A stretch of DNA of 64,000 bases. Origin: Candidatus Entotheonellaceae bacterium. Its GTDB lineage: Bacteria; Tectomicrobia; Entotheonellia; Entotheonellales; Entotheonellaceae. Each line of letters begins with the position of its first letter. The first letter of the stretch is position 1. The DNA is taken from assembly GCA_965238075.1 (NCBI GenBank), contig OZ250173.1, positions 2,208,001 through 2,272,000 of the forward strand, in the 5' to 3' direction. A model generated the notes under the pieces. That model was not told where the DNA came from, made no database searches, and saw nothing but the letters and a program-made list of their open reading frames with translations. Both the position numbers and the translations under genes were made by a program. Of the stretch, positions 7,935 through 16,338 are shown in pieces.

Positions 7935-9872
7935 TCATTGTCTCATGCCTCGATCAGATACGAGCGGACTGATGACCAGCGTCAGACCCCAGGTGTGCGG
8001 CGCGCCGGCGTCGGGCTGCACGGTGCCAGGGGTGAGGAGCCAGCCGCTGAGGAATGGAGCGTCGTGATCGGCAAGGCGGCGGTCGTTGAAATAGTGGCGC
8101 AGCAGGACTTCCTGCATGTAGGCGAGGCGCCGGCTGCCGGACAGCGGGCTGTGCGCGAACACGGTCTGCCACAGGCGCTCGTGCGGCCGCGCTTCGGGGC
8201 GTTGCGGCGTGTCGGGCAGAACCACGGAGACGGTCTGTCCGGGGGCGATGGTGCCGAGGGGCGACGGATTGCCGCGGTGCAGGATGGCGGCGGCGTGCAG
8301 GGGCAGGGCGCCGGGGTTGTCGACCCGTACGCTCAAGCTGCCTGCCTGCCGTTCGGCGCGCACCCGCAAGGGCGCCGGGGCCATGCCCTCTAGCGAGAAC
8401 ACCCGCAGCGTCCAGGGTCCGAGGTCGATATGGCGGATAGCGGTCGATTCAGCGGTTCCGACCTCGAGCGCCTCACCGGCCGGCCCGGCACCGCGCGTAA
8501 AGGTGTGCCGCATCATCGTTTCGGGCTGCCGCAGGGGCAAGGTGTAGCGCCCGCCGTGCACGGAAAACACGCCGACCGCGCCGCGCAAGCGGCTGTAGCC
8601 GGTACCGGGCAGCACTTCCAGGGTGGTGAGATCAAACGCCAGGGCCGAGTGGTGCAGGCTGTGCTGCACCAGCAGCCCGTAGCTGGCGGCGGTGAACGCC
8701 AGAAGGAGCAGGGCCACGGCGAGCCCCGCCGCGACGTGGCGTAGTCGGCGCCGTTTGATGACCCAGAAGAGGCCGCCGAGGGCGCCGCAGTAGGCGGCCA
8801 GGAGCACGCCGAGGGTGACGTGCGAGGGGTAGAGCAGAATCGGGCGCGACAGGATTTCCACCGCCGGGTGCCGCTCATCGAGCAGCCCGAGTTCGGCGAA
8901 CACGCGGCTGAAGTCGATGCGCTCGGCGGGTTGCAACATGTCGTGCCACAGGGCTTGGTTGCCGCGCCAGCCAGCCAGGGGTTTGGTGGCGTAATCGACC
9001 GCCAGAAAGACGACCCGTCCATTGCCGAAGGCGCGTTGCGCCAGCAGGGGCATATTGGCGCTGCCGACCAATACCTCACCCTGCGTCAGGCGCGCTCGCA
9101 TGGCGATGAGCGGCGCCGGCTGTAGCGGCACGCCATAATGCGCCGCCAATTCGGGCAGGCCGTCGCGCTGCTCAACGCCGAGCACCTGCACCGGCAGCAA
9201 CGCCTGCAGGCGCGGTTCCGTGAGCAGGGCGTAGCGCGAATCGCTGGCCACCACCAGGGTGCCGCCACCGGCGATCCACTGCCGCAGCGCCCGCGCCTGG
9301 GTCTCCGACAGTGGTTGCAGCGACAACCCCTTCAACACGACGGCTGACACGCTGTCGTAGCCGTACCAATGTTGCGGCAACTCGTCCTGCGGCAGGTAGA
9401 CGATACGGGTATGGGTGGGCAGCAGCGTTGCCAGAAAATCCAGGCTCAGGTCGCGCGTCAGGCCGAGGATGACCTGTTCGGCACTCAGGGCCGTTCGCAG
9501 GTCGAGGTTCTGCTGCTGCAGCACCTCCTCGCCGCGGCGCAGAAACACCTCGATGGGACGGCTGATGCTGGTAATCGGCACCGTGAAGGCGAACCGTTTG
9601 CGCGCCCGATGCGGCAGCGATACCGGCTGCGTGAAGCTGGTGACGTGCAAATCCCCCCGCATCTCGCTACCACGCCACACCCGTACGCCCAGCGTGCCGG
9701 TTACCGGCGCGCCGCTGTTGTGCAGCCGTACGATGACCTGGTTCCACTTCTCCAGCCGTACCGTTTCCTGCAGCCCCAGCCGCGCCTCCATCGTCACCTC
9801 GGCCCCCACCAGCCCCGGCACCGCCGCCCACCACAGGCAGAGTATGAAGCGCCGCACACAAACTCCGGTCAT
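7935..9872 (-). CDS. Exported/membrane protein with putative class-I glutamine-amidotransferase-like domain
   Basis: Signal-peptide-like start MTGVCVRRFILCLWWAAVPGLVGA, GYDSVSAVVL...ALRQWIAGGGTLVV, GNGRVVFLAVD, two TM helices. The track's extension to 10271 is repeat-derived. Confidence 0.7.
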   Translation of the reverse strand: MTGVCVRRFILCLWWAAVPGLVGAEVTMEARLGLQETVRLEKWNQVIVRLHNSGAPVTGTLGVRVWRGSEMRGDLHVTSFTQPVSLPHRARKRFAFTVPITSISRPIEVFLRRGEEVLQQQNLDLRTALSAEQVILGLTRDLSLDFLATLLPTHTRIVYLPQDELPQHWYGYDSVSAVVLKGLSLQPLSETQARALRQWIAGGGTLVVASDSRYALLTEPRLQALLPVQVLGVEQRDGLPELAAHYGVPLQPAPLIAMRARLTQGEVLVGSANMPLLAQRAFGNGRVVFLAVDYATKPLAGWRGNQALWHDMLQPAERIDFSRVFAELGLLDERHPAVEILSRPILLYPSHVTLGVLLAAYCGALGGLFWVIKRRRLRHVAAGLAVALLLLAFTAASYGLLVQHSLHHSALAFDLTTLEVLPGTGYSRLRGAVGVFSVHGGRYTLPLRQPETMMRHTFTRGAGPAGEALEVGTAESTAIRHIDLGPWTLRVFSLEGMAPAPLRVRAERQAGSLSVRVDNPGALPLHAAAILHRGNPSPLGTIAPGQTVSVVLPDTPQRPEARPHERLWQTVFAHSPLSGSRRLAYMQEVLLRHYFNDRRLADHDAPFLSGWLLTPGTVQPDAGAPHTWGLTLVISPLVSDRGMRQ

Positions 9873-9960
9873 GTTTTCAGCCAGTCCTTGACAGGTTTTA
9901 ACATACGAATGGCGGATGTCAGCGTCTCGAGTCGCCAGTATATGCGGACTCGATCCGTCC

Positions 9961-10311
9961 TTACTATGAAAATAGCCTGCGCAGCGCCCCCGACCGTCGT
10001 AGGGGCATCCCTTGTGGGTGCCCATGGTCCCGTGCAGGCGGGCATCCACAGGGTGGGGGACGAGGCCCGCCTGGGGGAAACATGTAACCCCCCAACCCCC
10101 CTTGTCAGGGGGGCGGCGGTCGCTCCGGGAGCCATTTACTATGAAAATAGCCTGTGCAGCGCCCCCGACCGTCGTAGGGGCATCCCTTGTGGGTGCCCAT
10201 GGTCCCGTGCAGGCGGGCATCCACAGGGTGGGGGACGAGGCCCAACCTGGGGTAAACATGTAACCCCCCAACCCCCCTTGTCAGGGGGGCGGCGGTCGCT
10301 CCGGGAGCCAT
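9961..10311 (+). repeat. Tandem pair of a ~175-bp composite palindromic repeat
   Basis: Near-identical copies at 9961-10135 and 10136-10311; diverged inverted copy at ~57417-57588. Confidence 0.92.
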
Positions 10312-10459
10312 TTGCATGGTTCTCGATGCAGCCTTGGCGAGGCCATGGGGGATTTCTTAATGTGTGTCAATGTGGGAATGTGTGTCAGCGGGCCGGATCA
10401 GCGCATCCTGATCCGGCTTCCTCATCGATGAACTTCCGCACCCATGAAAGGAGCCAACC

Positions 10460-11251
10460 ATGACAACAGCCACCGAACACGCCGCCACCCTGTTGGCGCA
10501 GAACCGGCTGCGGGGCGAGCGGTTGCCGGGATTGCCGGAGGCGTGCCGCCCGGCGAGCGAGGACGCGGCGTATGCCGTGCAGTTTGCACTGCGCGAGCAA
10601 TTAATCCGTGGCGGCGGCGGGGACTTGGCGGGCTATAAGATCGGCGCCACGAGCCAGGTGATGCAGGACTATCTGGACATTCACAACCCGTGCGGCGGTG
10701 GGGTGCTGGCGAACGGGGTGCACCGGTCGCCAGCCGAGGTGGCGCACGACGGTTACGTCCATCCCGGCGTCGAGTGCGAGATCGCCGTTCGGCTGGATGC
10801 CGACCTGCCGGCGGAGGCGGCGCCGCTTTCGCAGGCGCAGGTGGCCGAGGCGGTCGGGGCGTGCATGGCGGCCATCGAGATCGTCGATGATCGCTATGCC
10901 GACTGGCGCTCGCTGGACACGCCGACCCTGATTGCCGACGACTTCTTTCAGGCGGGGATTGTCCTGGGGCCCGCCAACACGGAATGGCGCCGCCTCGACC
11001 TCGCCGCGCTGCCGGGCATGATGGCCATCAACGGCGAGGAACGCGGGCGGGGCAGGGGCGGCGATGTGTTGGGGCATCCGCTGACGGCGCTAACGTGGCT
11101 GGCCAATCAACTCGCGGCGTACGGCATCAGCTTGCGCAGCGGCCAAGTCGTTCTCACCGGCAGCGTCGTGGCCACCCAGTGGGTCGAGCGGGGCGACCGG
11201 GTGCGGGTGGACGTCGAGGGGCTGGGCGCGGCTGAAGTCGTGTTCGCTTAA
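10460..11251 (+). CDS. 2-keto-4-pentenoate hydratase-like FAH-superfamily protein
   Basis: GYKIGATS, VECEIAV, AIEIVDDRY, LIADD, VLGHPL..L.WLAN, GQVVLTGS; AAGGAG RBS. Confidence 0.88.
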   Translation: MTTATEHAATLLAQNRLRGERLPGLPEACRPASEDAAYAVQFALREQLIRGGGGDLAGYKIGATSQVMQDYLDIHNPCGGGVLANGVHRSPAEVAHDGYVHPGVECEIAVRLDADLPAEAAPLSQAQVAEAVGACMAAIEIVDDRYADWRSLDTPTLIADDFFQAGIVLGPANTEWRRLDLAALPGMMAINGEERGRGRGGDVLGHPLTALTWLANQLAAYGISLRSGQVVLTGSVVATQWVERGDRVRVDVEGLGAAEVVFA

Positions 11252-11357
11252 TAAACCGTAAACACGGTGCCTCCATAGTAAGCACCAGTCGCACCTTTGC
11301 CGCCCGGCCCGGCGCCGGGAAGTTGAATGCCACCCGCACTTCGGAGGAAGTCGCACC

Positions 11358-12149
11358 GTGAACGGCCTGACGGGCCTGTACATGCCGGACACCATCGCCG
11401 CCTTTTCCCACGACGGCACGAATTACGTCCTGACGGCCAACGAGGGCGACGCGCGCGAGTATTTCTTTGATGCCGATGAGGCCGCCTGCAGCGCCGCCGG
11501 CGGCATGGATTGGGACGAGGACGACGGCTGCCTGGCCTGGAGCGACGAGAAGCGGGTGCGCAAGCTCAAGCTGGACGCAACGGCTTTCCCGGACGCCAAG
11601 TCCTTGCAGAAGAAGAAAAACCTGGGCCGTCTCGAAGCCGTGGCCACCGAGGGAGACATCGACGGCGACCACGACGCGATCGTCGCTTTTGGGGCGCGCT
11701 CGTTCAGCATCTGGAATGCCGACACCGGTGAGCAGGTGTTCGATTCCGGCGACGATTTCGAGCGCATCACCGCCGAGGCGCTCGGCACCGCGGGCTTCAA
11801 CGCCACCGACGACGAGAACGGCTTCGATGCTCGTTCCGACGACAAGGGACCGGAGCCGGAAGCCCTAGCCGTCGGCGAGGCTGGCGGCAAGCGCTACGCC
11901 TTCATCGGCCTGGAGCGCACTGGCGGCATCATGGTCTACGACATTACCCAGCCGGGGGCGGCAGCGTTCGTGCAGTACGTCACCAATCGCGACTATACGG
12001 TGGACATCGAAGGCAACCTGACGCAAGCCGGTGACCTGGCGCCGGAGGGCATGGCATTCGTTCCCGCCGCCGACAGCCCCACCGATCACGCGCTTCTAAT
12101 CGTTGGCAACGAGGTGTCCGGCACCGTGGCGGTGTACGAAGTCCGGTGA
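11358..12149 (+). CDS. Choice-of-anchor I / atypical alkaline phosphatase family protein, C-terminal half only
   Basis: YMPDTIA, TANEGDARE, FGARSFSIW, RSDDKGPEPE, FIGLERTGGIMVYD, DLAPEG, GNEVSGT; no signal peptide or N-terminal half. Confidence 0.75.
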   Translation: MNGLTGLYMPDTIAAFSHDGTNYVLTANEGDAREYFFDADEAACSAAGGMDWDEDDGCLAWSDEKRVRKLKLDATAFPDAKSLQKKKNLGRLEAVATEGDIDGDHDAIVAFGARSFSIWNADTGEQVFDSGDDFERITAEALGTAGFNATDDENGFDARSDDKGPEPEALAVGEAGGKRYAFIGLERTGGIMVYDITQPGAAAFVQYVTNRDYTVDIEGNLTQAGDLAPEGMAFVPAADSPTDHALLIVGNEVSGTVAVYEVR

Positions 12150-12320
12150 GGAAACACAGGAATTCTGCCGCTGCATGGACGGGGTACCTGGCCAGAAATG
12201 AGCCAGAAACAGCCCGATCAGCAAATGGAAGCACGGGAATTATGTCGAGATCTGCTGAAATGCACAGACATGCTGGTGCAATCTGCAGAAGAGATCAGAC
12301 ATGAAGGAAGGAGGAACTTG

Positions 12321-12707
12321 ATGCACAACATCGTTCACAACGTTGGGATTGCCTCGCAGATCGGCAGCTACAGCGACGCTATTGAAGTCCCGCCGGGCGC
12401 ACGCTGGCTGCTCACCTCGGGGACGCCGGGCCTCGCCCTGGATGGCGGGTTGCCGGCCGACATTAGCGGCCAGGCCGAGTTGGCCTGGGGCCACATTATC
12501 AACATGCTCAAATCGGCGGGAATGACGGTCAACGACCTGGTGAAAGTGACCCACTACCTGCTGCACGAGCGGGACGTTCCGGATTATGTCAAGGTCCGGT
12601 CGCGCTTCCTGGGCGACGCGCGGCCGGCATCGATGCTGCTCACCGGCGCCGGTTTGGTAAGGAGCGATTTTCTGCTCGAGATTGAGGCCGTCGCGGCAAA
12701 GGTCTAG
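12321..12707 (+). CDS. RidA/YjgF-family protein
   Basis: GSYSDAIEV, DLVKVTHYL, RPASML, LLEIEAVAA; GGAGG RBS before ATG 12321. Confidence 0.88.
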   Translation: MHNIVHNVGIASQIGSYSDAIEVPPGARWLLTSGTPGLALDGGLPADISGQAELAWGHIINMLKSAGMTVNDLVKVTHYLLHERDVPDYVKVRSRFLGDARPASMLLTGAGLVRSDFLLEIEAVAAKV

Positions 12708-12740
12708 GTGTCCCGGAAGGGTTACCAGACAATGATGCGA

Positions 12741-13205
12741 TTACTGGCTGACGGCCTCACCCGTCTCCATGTTCAAGGGCATATTGACGGGGCCGAACGT
12801 CTGCATGGTTTCAAAACCATTCGGCACCATATCGCAATAGAGTTCCACCCGGTTGCCATCTGGATCATGGAAGTAGACACTGCGGGTCACGTTGTGTTCG
12901 GTGGTGGACTCAACCGCAATGTCAAGCCGGCCCAGTTCCCGATAGGCATCCTGCAGCGCCTCGAAGCTCTCGAGTTGCCAGGCCGTATGATGCAGGCCGG
13001 GCTGCGTGGCCGCGGGCGTCTCCCCCGTGGCCAGTTGGAACAAGGCAAGATCGTGGTGCTCCGTGCCAAAACTCAGGAACACCACACCCCGTTGGCGGGC
13101 TTCATGGGCCACCTGTAGCCCAAGCACGCGGGTATAAAATGCTTTGGACACTTGCACGTCACGTACTTTCAACACCACGTGACCAAGTTTGCGGGCCTGT
13201 ATCAT
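12741..13205 (-). CDS. VOC/glyoxalase-family protein
   Basis: LGHVVLKVRD, HHDLAL, GLHHTAW, SVYFHDPDGNRVEL. Confidence 0.9.
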   Translation of the reverse strand: MIQARKLGHVVLKVRDVQVSKAFYTRVLGLQVAHEARQRGVVFLSFGTEHHDLALFQLATGETPAATQPGLHHTAWQLESFEALQDAYRELGRLDIAVESTTEHNVTRSVYFHDPDGNRVELYCDMVPNGFETMQTFGPVNMPLNMETGEAVSQ

Positions 13206-13476
13206 GATGATCCTCCTGACGCCTTATAGGTACGAGTCGTTACCCTCTGGAAAAGCACTGCGCAATAATGTCAAGGGCAATGGCAAAAGTCCACAAAAGG
13301 GAGGCGGTCAAGGCCGGTTCGGGCTAATTACTCGGGTTGGAACCTCTTGACGTGCCGAAAACCGGACAGCTCTACGTGCCGTTGACAGAGGCTGCGGGGG
13401 ATGCTGGCGAATCAACTGCGAGCGCCTCTCGATGTACGCTTTTTTCGCCGGCATTTCCTGCGGAGGTCGCTGATGG

Positions 13477-14247
13477 CTATCGTGCTGAATTCGCACCATC
13501 TTTGTGCAGCATCACAAGATCGTCATTCAGTCCGTGCCGCAGGATATCCAGGCGAGGCGAGAGGGAGGCCAAGTGGTCGGCTGAGATATGGGCCAGGCGG
13601 AATGGAAAGATGTTTGGACTGTCCAGCAGGTCTTTTGTGGCGGCGGAGCCGCTCAAACGGGAATGGAGAGACGCCTCCACCATCCAGGCGATAAGCTTGG
13701 GTTCCTCAAACGAGACTTGCTTTCCTTGAACATAGACGCCCTTGTTACGCGTCTCGCTCAAAACACCCCAATCGATGAATGATCGCAGCACGCGCCGGGC
13801 AGCCCGTGATGCGGTTTCGCGTTCACCGTATTCCTCCCTGACCCGCCTCTGGACGTGCGCTGCCGCGGCTGTTCCCTGAAGCCGCAGAAGTCTGCCGGTG
13901 TGCGCCGCGACCGCGCCCCAGAAAGGGTAGGCCGCCAACGCCATGCCCCAGTGAATAGCAATTCGGTCTTCGCGAGCGAGTGATGGCAGTATATTCAAGC
14001 CCTCGTCCCGTAGCTTTTCCAACTCGGGAGGCACGGTAATCCAGGTCTTCAACAGGATGGTGATCACCTTTTCCTTGTTGCCCCTGGCCGCTTCACCGCC
14101 GATTGAAACCCTGTCCCGCAACAGATGTTGGAGCGAGTCATTGATCAGGGCCTTGTCATTCCCGGCCAGTAGCAGATTGGTTGTCTGCTCGAACCACTCC
14201 AGTCGGACACGCTGGCTGAAACCGATCTGGGTTTCCCGTCCGTTCAT
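13477..14247 (-). CDS. brxA: BREX type 3 BrxA-like protein
   Basis: MNGRETQIGFSQRVRLEW...HWGMALAAYPFW...YGERET...RRVLRSFIDWGVL; last gene of the locus, ATGA-coupled to pglZ. Confidence 0.75.
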   Translation of the reverse strand: MNGRETQIGFSQRVRLEWFEQTTNLLLAGNDKALINDSLQHLLRDRVSIGGEAARGNKEKVITILLKTWITVPPELEKLRDEGLNILPSLAREDRIAIHWGMALAAYPFWGAVAAHTGRLLRLQGTAAAAHVQRRVREEYGERETASRAARRVLRSFIDWGVLSETRNKGVYVQGKQVSFEEPKLIAWMVEASLHSRLSGSAATKDLLDSPNIFPFRLAHISADHLASLSPRLDILRHGLNDDLVMLHKDGANSAR

Positions 14248-16250
14248 GCGTCCCTCCGTTCGATCTGCACAAGAGGGACGACCAGTTCTTCGAGAGAAGC
14301 GCCGCCGTGACCGACAAGGCGTTCCGTCTCGCGCACGAACGCCGAACGGCCAGGGGCGAGCAGGGGCAGATAGTCGTCCGGCAGCCCAATGGGCGGCCAT
14401 TCCAGGGCGTCCGGAAATCGCGCTTTGACCTGACCGCGCAGTAAAGCATCCGGATAGATTCGAGCGCGTTCACCTCGTAAATCCGCAATCGCTCCTTCTT
14501 GAGGACGCCCACACCCGGTCGCCTCGATATTTCCATGATCCGAAGTCAGGAAAATACGGAATCCGTTTTCCAGAAGCAGGTCGACAAGGTTGGCCATGAA
14601 CGGTTGACTGGCCCATTGTCGGACTTGGTTGTGCATCCCCGCAGTGCCGAGTTCCATGCCGTGCATGATCTTGTCGACTTTGTCGACAACCAAACCGACG
14701 ACGCGTGTCTTTGGCCGGGCAATGATCTCTTCCACGTTTTCCAAAGCGCCGTCACCCAGCCCCTTGGCGTACGCAACTTCTTGCTGTGTTAGGCCCTGGT
14801 CCGTCCAGAATTGCGTCCACAATGCCGGTTCTTTGTCCGTGGAATAGATGCTATTTGGAAAATAGACAGGCGGCTTCCCCGCAAAGGCTGCCTGACGCGA
14901 GACGGACGTGAGGGTTGGAATCCAGGCAAACACCGCGTTCTCTCGGAAGCGGTACGTCGGGCGTTGCCTGGCAAGTTCCTTGCGGATAACAAGCCATTGC
15001 GCCAAGGAAAGGCCGTCCACCAGCACGAATGCGACCTTGTGTTCTCTGGCAGCGTTGATGTGCCTGGAGAGGAAACGGGGAATGTGGTGAAGCATGACCG
15101 GTGGAACTGGCGGCAGGTTCACCAAGCCAGCGTAGCGTTTGGCCAGCCAGGACACGAGCGCGGCATCGATCTGCGCGTGCAGCTTTTCCATCTTCCGGCG
15201 TGCTGGCTCCGGCAACATCGCGTCCGAATCCTGAGCCAGAACGGCCAGTTCGGCCCAGGTCCTGGCAAAGCGGAACCAGTCGCTGTGCCGTGTGTCCGCC
15301 TGCGGAATGTTGGATGCCAAGGTATCGAGGAGAGTGGCTATCCGCTGCGTCCGATTCGTCGGGTCGTCCGTTCGGATGCCGACGGCGAGCCAGGATGTTG
15401 ACAAGGATTCGGCCTGCTCGTGGGGTACGGCTTCGAGAAATCCTTCAAGGAACAGGCTGTCGATGTAGATGCGGACGTCGTCGTGGCCGAAGGGCAAATC
15501 CGAAGGACCGGGAACTTCGAAGCCATAGGCTTTCTCATCTTCGCGAATACCGGTTCCATCCTGAGGCGCCGACTGGTCAAGAAAGACGGGCCAGCGTTCC
15601 TGGAGGAAGGCGAAAAAAGCTTCCCGGTCCGGGATGATCGTCTCCAGGGGCCAATCATCAAACCCTCTCTGTTGCCGGAGGACGTGGACCAAGTGTTCAT
15701 CAAGCATGGCGGGGATTCGCTGCTCGCGGTGATGGCGACGCAGCAACACGCGCAGCAGGTCGGACGGCTCCCCAATTCGTTCCGGTTCCATCTCGAAAAC
15801 ATGCCGTAGAACGAATTCCTTGGTCGCGTTGTCGCCCAGCATGCTGGGAGTGAACCGCTCCTGGGCATCGTAAAGCGCGTCCAGATATCTTCGGTCCAAG
15901 GCGGCAATAATGGGGTAGCTCAGGGTGGGGAAAATCTCGCCAAGGCTGAACGACAGGCGACGACCGGCTTGCAGCAGGTCGTACGGCAAGCAGTCAAGTT
16001 CGCTGGCCGCGGCGTGCAGCACGACGACCAACTCTGTCTGCTCACCCCGGTCCCAGCGGCAGCGGAGCTTCGATTCGTAGTCATACCGAAAGGCGATGGG
16101 GTCCCCGAACGGGATCAGATCAAAGCCCCGTTGATGGATGCCTGCCAGAATGTCTTCTTCCAAAAGCAATCCGTCGGGGTCGGCAACCAAGGTCAGCCGG
16201 GCGACGTTGGGCACGAACTCCTTGAGAATCTGGTCGCGCCAGCTACTCAT
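14244..16250 (-). CDS. pglZ: BREX type 3 PglZ phosphatase-fold protein
   Basis: MSSWRDQILKEF...LTLVADPDGLL start; VLVDGLS, WIPTLTSVSRQAAF, LTSDHGN and HGGASLEELVVP PglZ motifs. Confidence 0.92.
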   Translation of the reverse strand: MSSWRDQILKEFVPNVARLTLVADPDGLLLEEDILAGIHQRGFDLIPFGDPIAFRYDYESKLRCRWDRGEQTELVVVLHAAASELDCLPYDLLQAGRRLSFSLGEIFPTLSYPIIAALDRRYLDALYDAQERFTPSMLGDNATKEFVLRHVFEMEPERIGEPSDLLRVLLRRHHREQRIPAMLDEHLVHVLRQQRGFDDWPLETIIPDREAFFAFLQERWPVFLDQSAPQDGTGIREDEKAYGFEVPGPSDLPFGHDDVRIYIDSLFLEGFLEAVPHEQAESLSTSWLAVGIRTDDPTNRTQRIATLLDTLASNIPQADTRHSDWFRFARTWAELAVLAQDSDAMLPEPARRKMEKLHAQIDAALVSWLAKRYAGLVNLPPVPPVMLHHIPRFLSRHINAAREHKVAFVLVDGLSLAQWLVIRKELARQRPTYRFRENAVFAWIPTLTSVSRQAAFAGKPPVYFPNSIYSTDKEPALWTQFWTDQGLTQQEVAYAKGLGDGALENVEEIIARPKTRVVGLVVDKVDKIMHGMELGTAGMHNQVRQWASQPFMANLVDLLLENGFRIFLTSDHGNIEATGCGRPQEGAIADLRGERARIYPDALLRGQVKARFPDALEWPPIGLPDDYLPLLAPGRSAFVRETERLVGHGGASLEELVVPLVQIERRDA

Positions 16251-16305
16251 GCGGTGCCTTCGACACGAATGACGGCTAGCGGAACCCAACTGCGGGTATG
16301 CTCAG
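16247..16305 (-). pseudogene. Probable C-terminal remnant of deleted brxHII helicase
   Basis: Reads AYPQL, one extra base, then VPLAVIRVEGTA*, with the TGA overlapping the pglZ ATG at the position brxHII occupies in type 3 BREX. Similarity to BrxHII C-termini is from recollection. Confidence 0.5.
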
Positions 16306-16338
16306 GGCCAAGGTCCCCGTTTAACAGGCAAGTCGTTT

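Noticed and set aside
9873-10271. N-terminal extension of the 778-aa ORF with a duplicated peptide
   Set aside because: It is translated repeat DNA; a signal-peptide-like start lies at 9872.
9961-10311. Possible CRISPR array
   Set aside because: Two contiguous ~175-bp units with no unique spacers and no cas genes.
13308-13499. Small ORF or possible antitoxin fragment downstream of brxA
   Set aside because: Only a vague short resemblance; no convincing start or motif.
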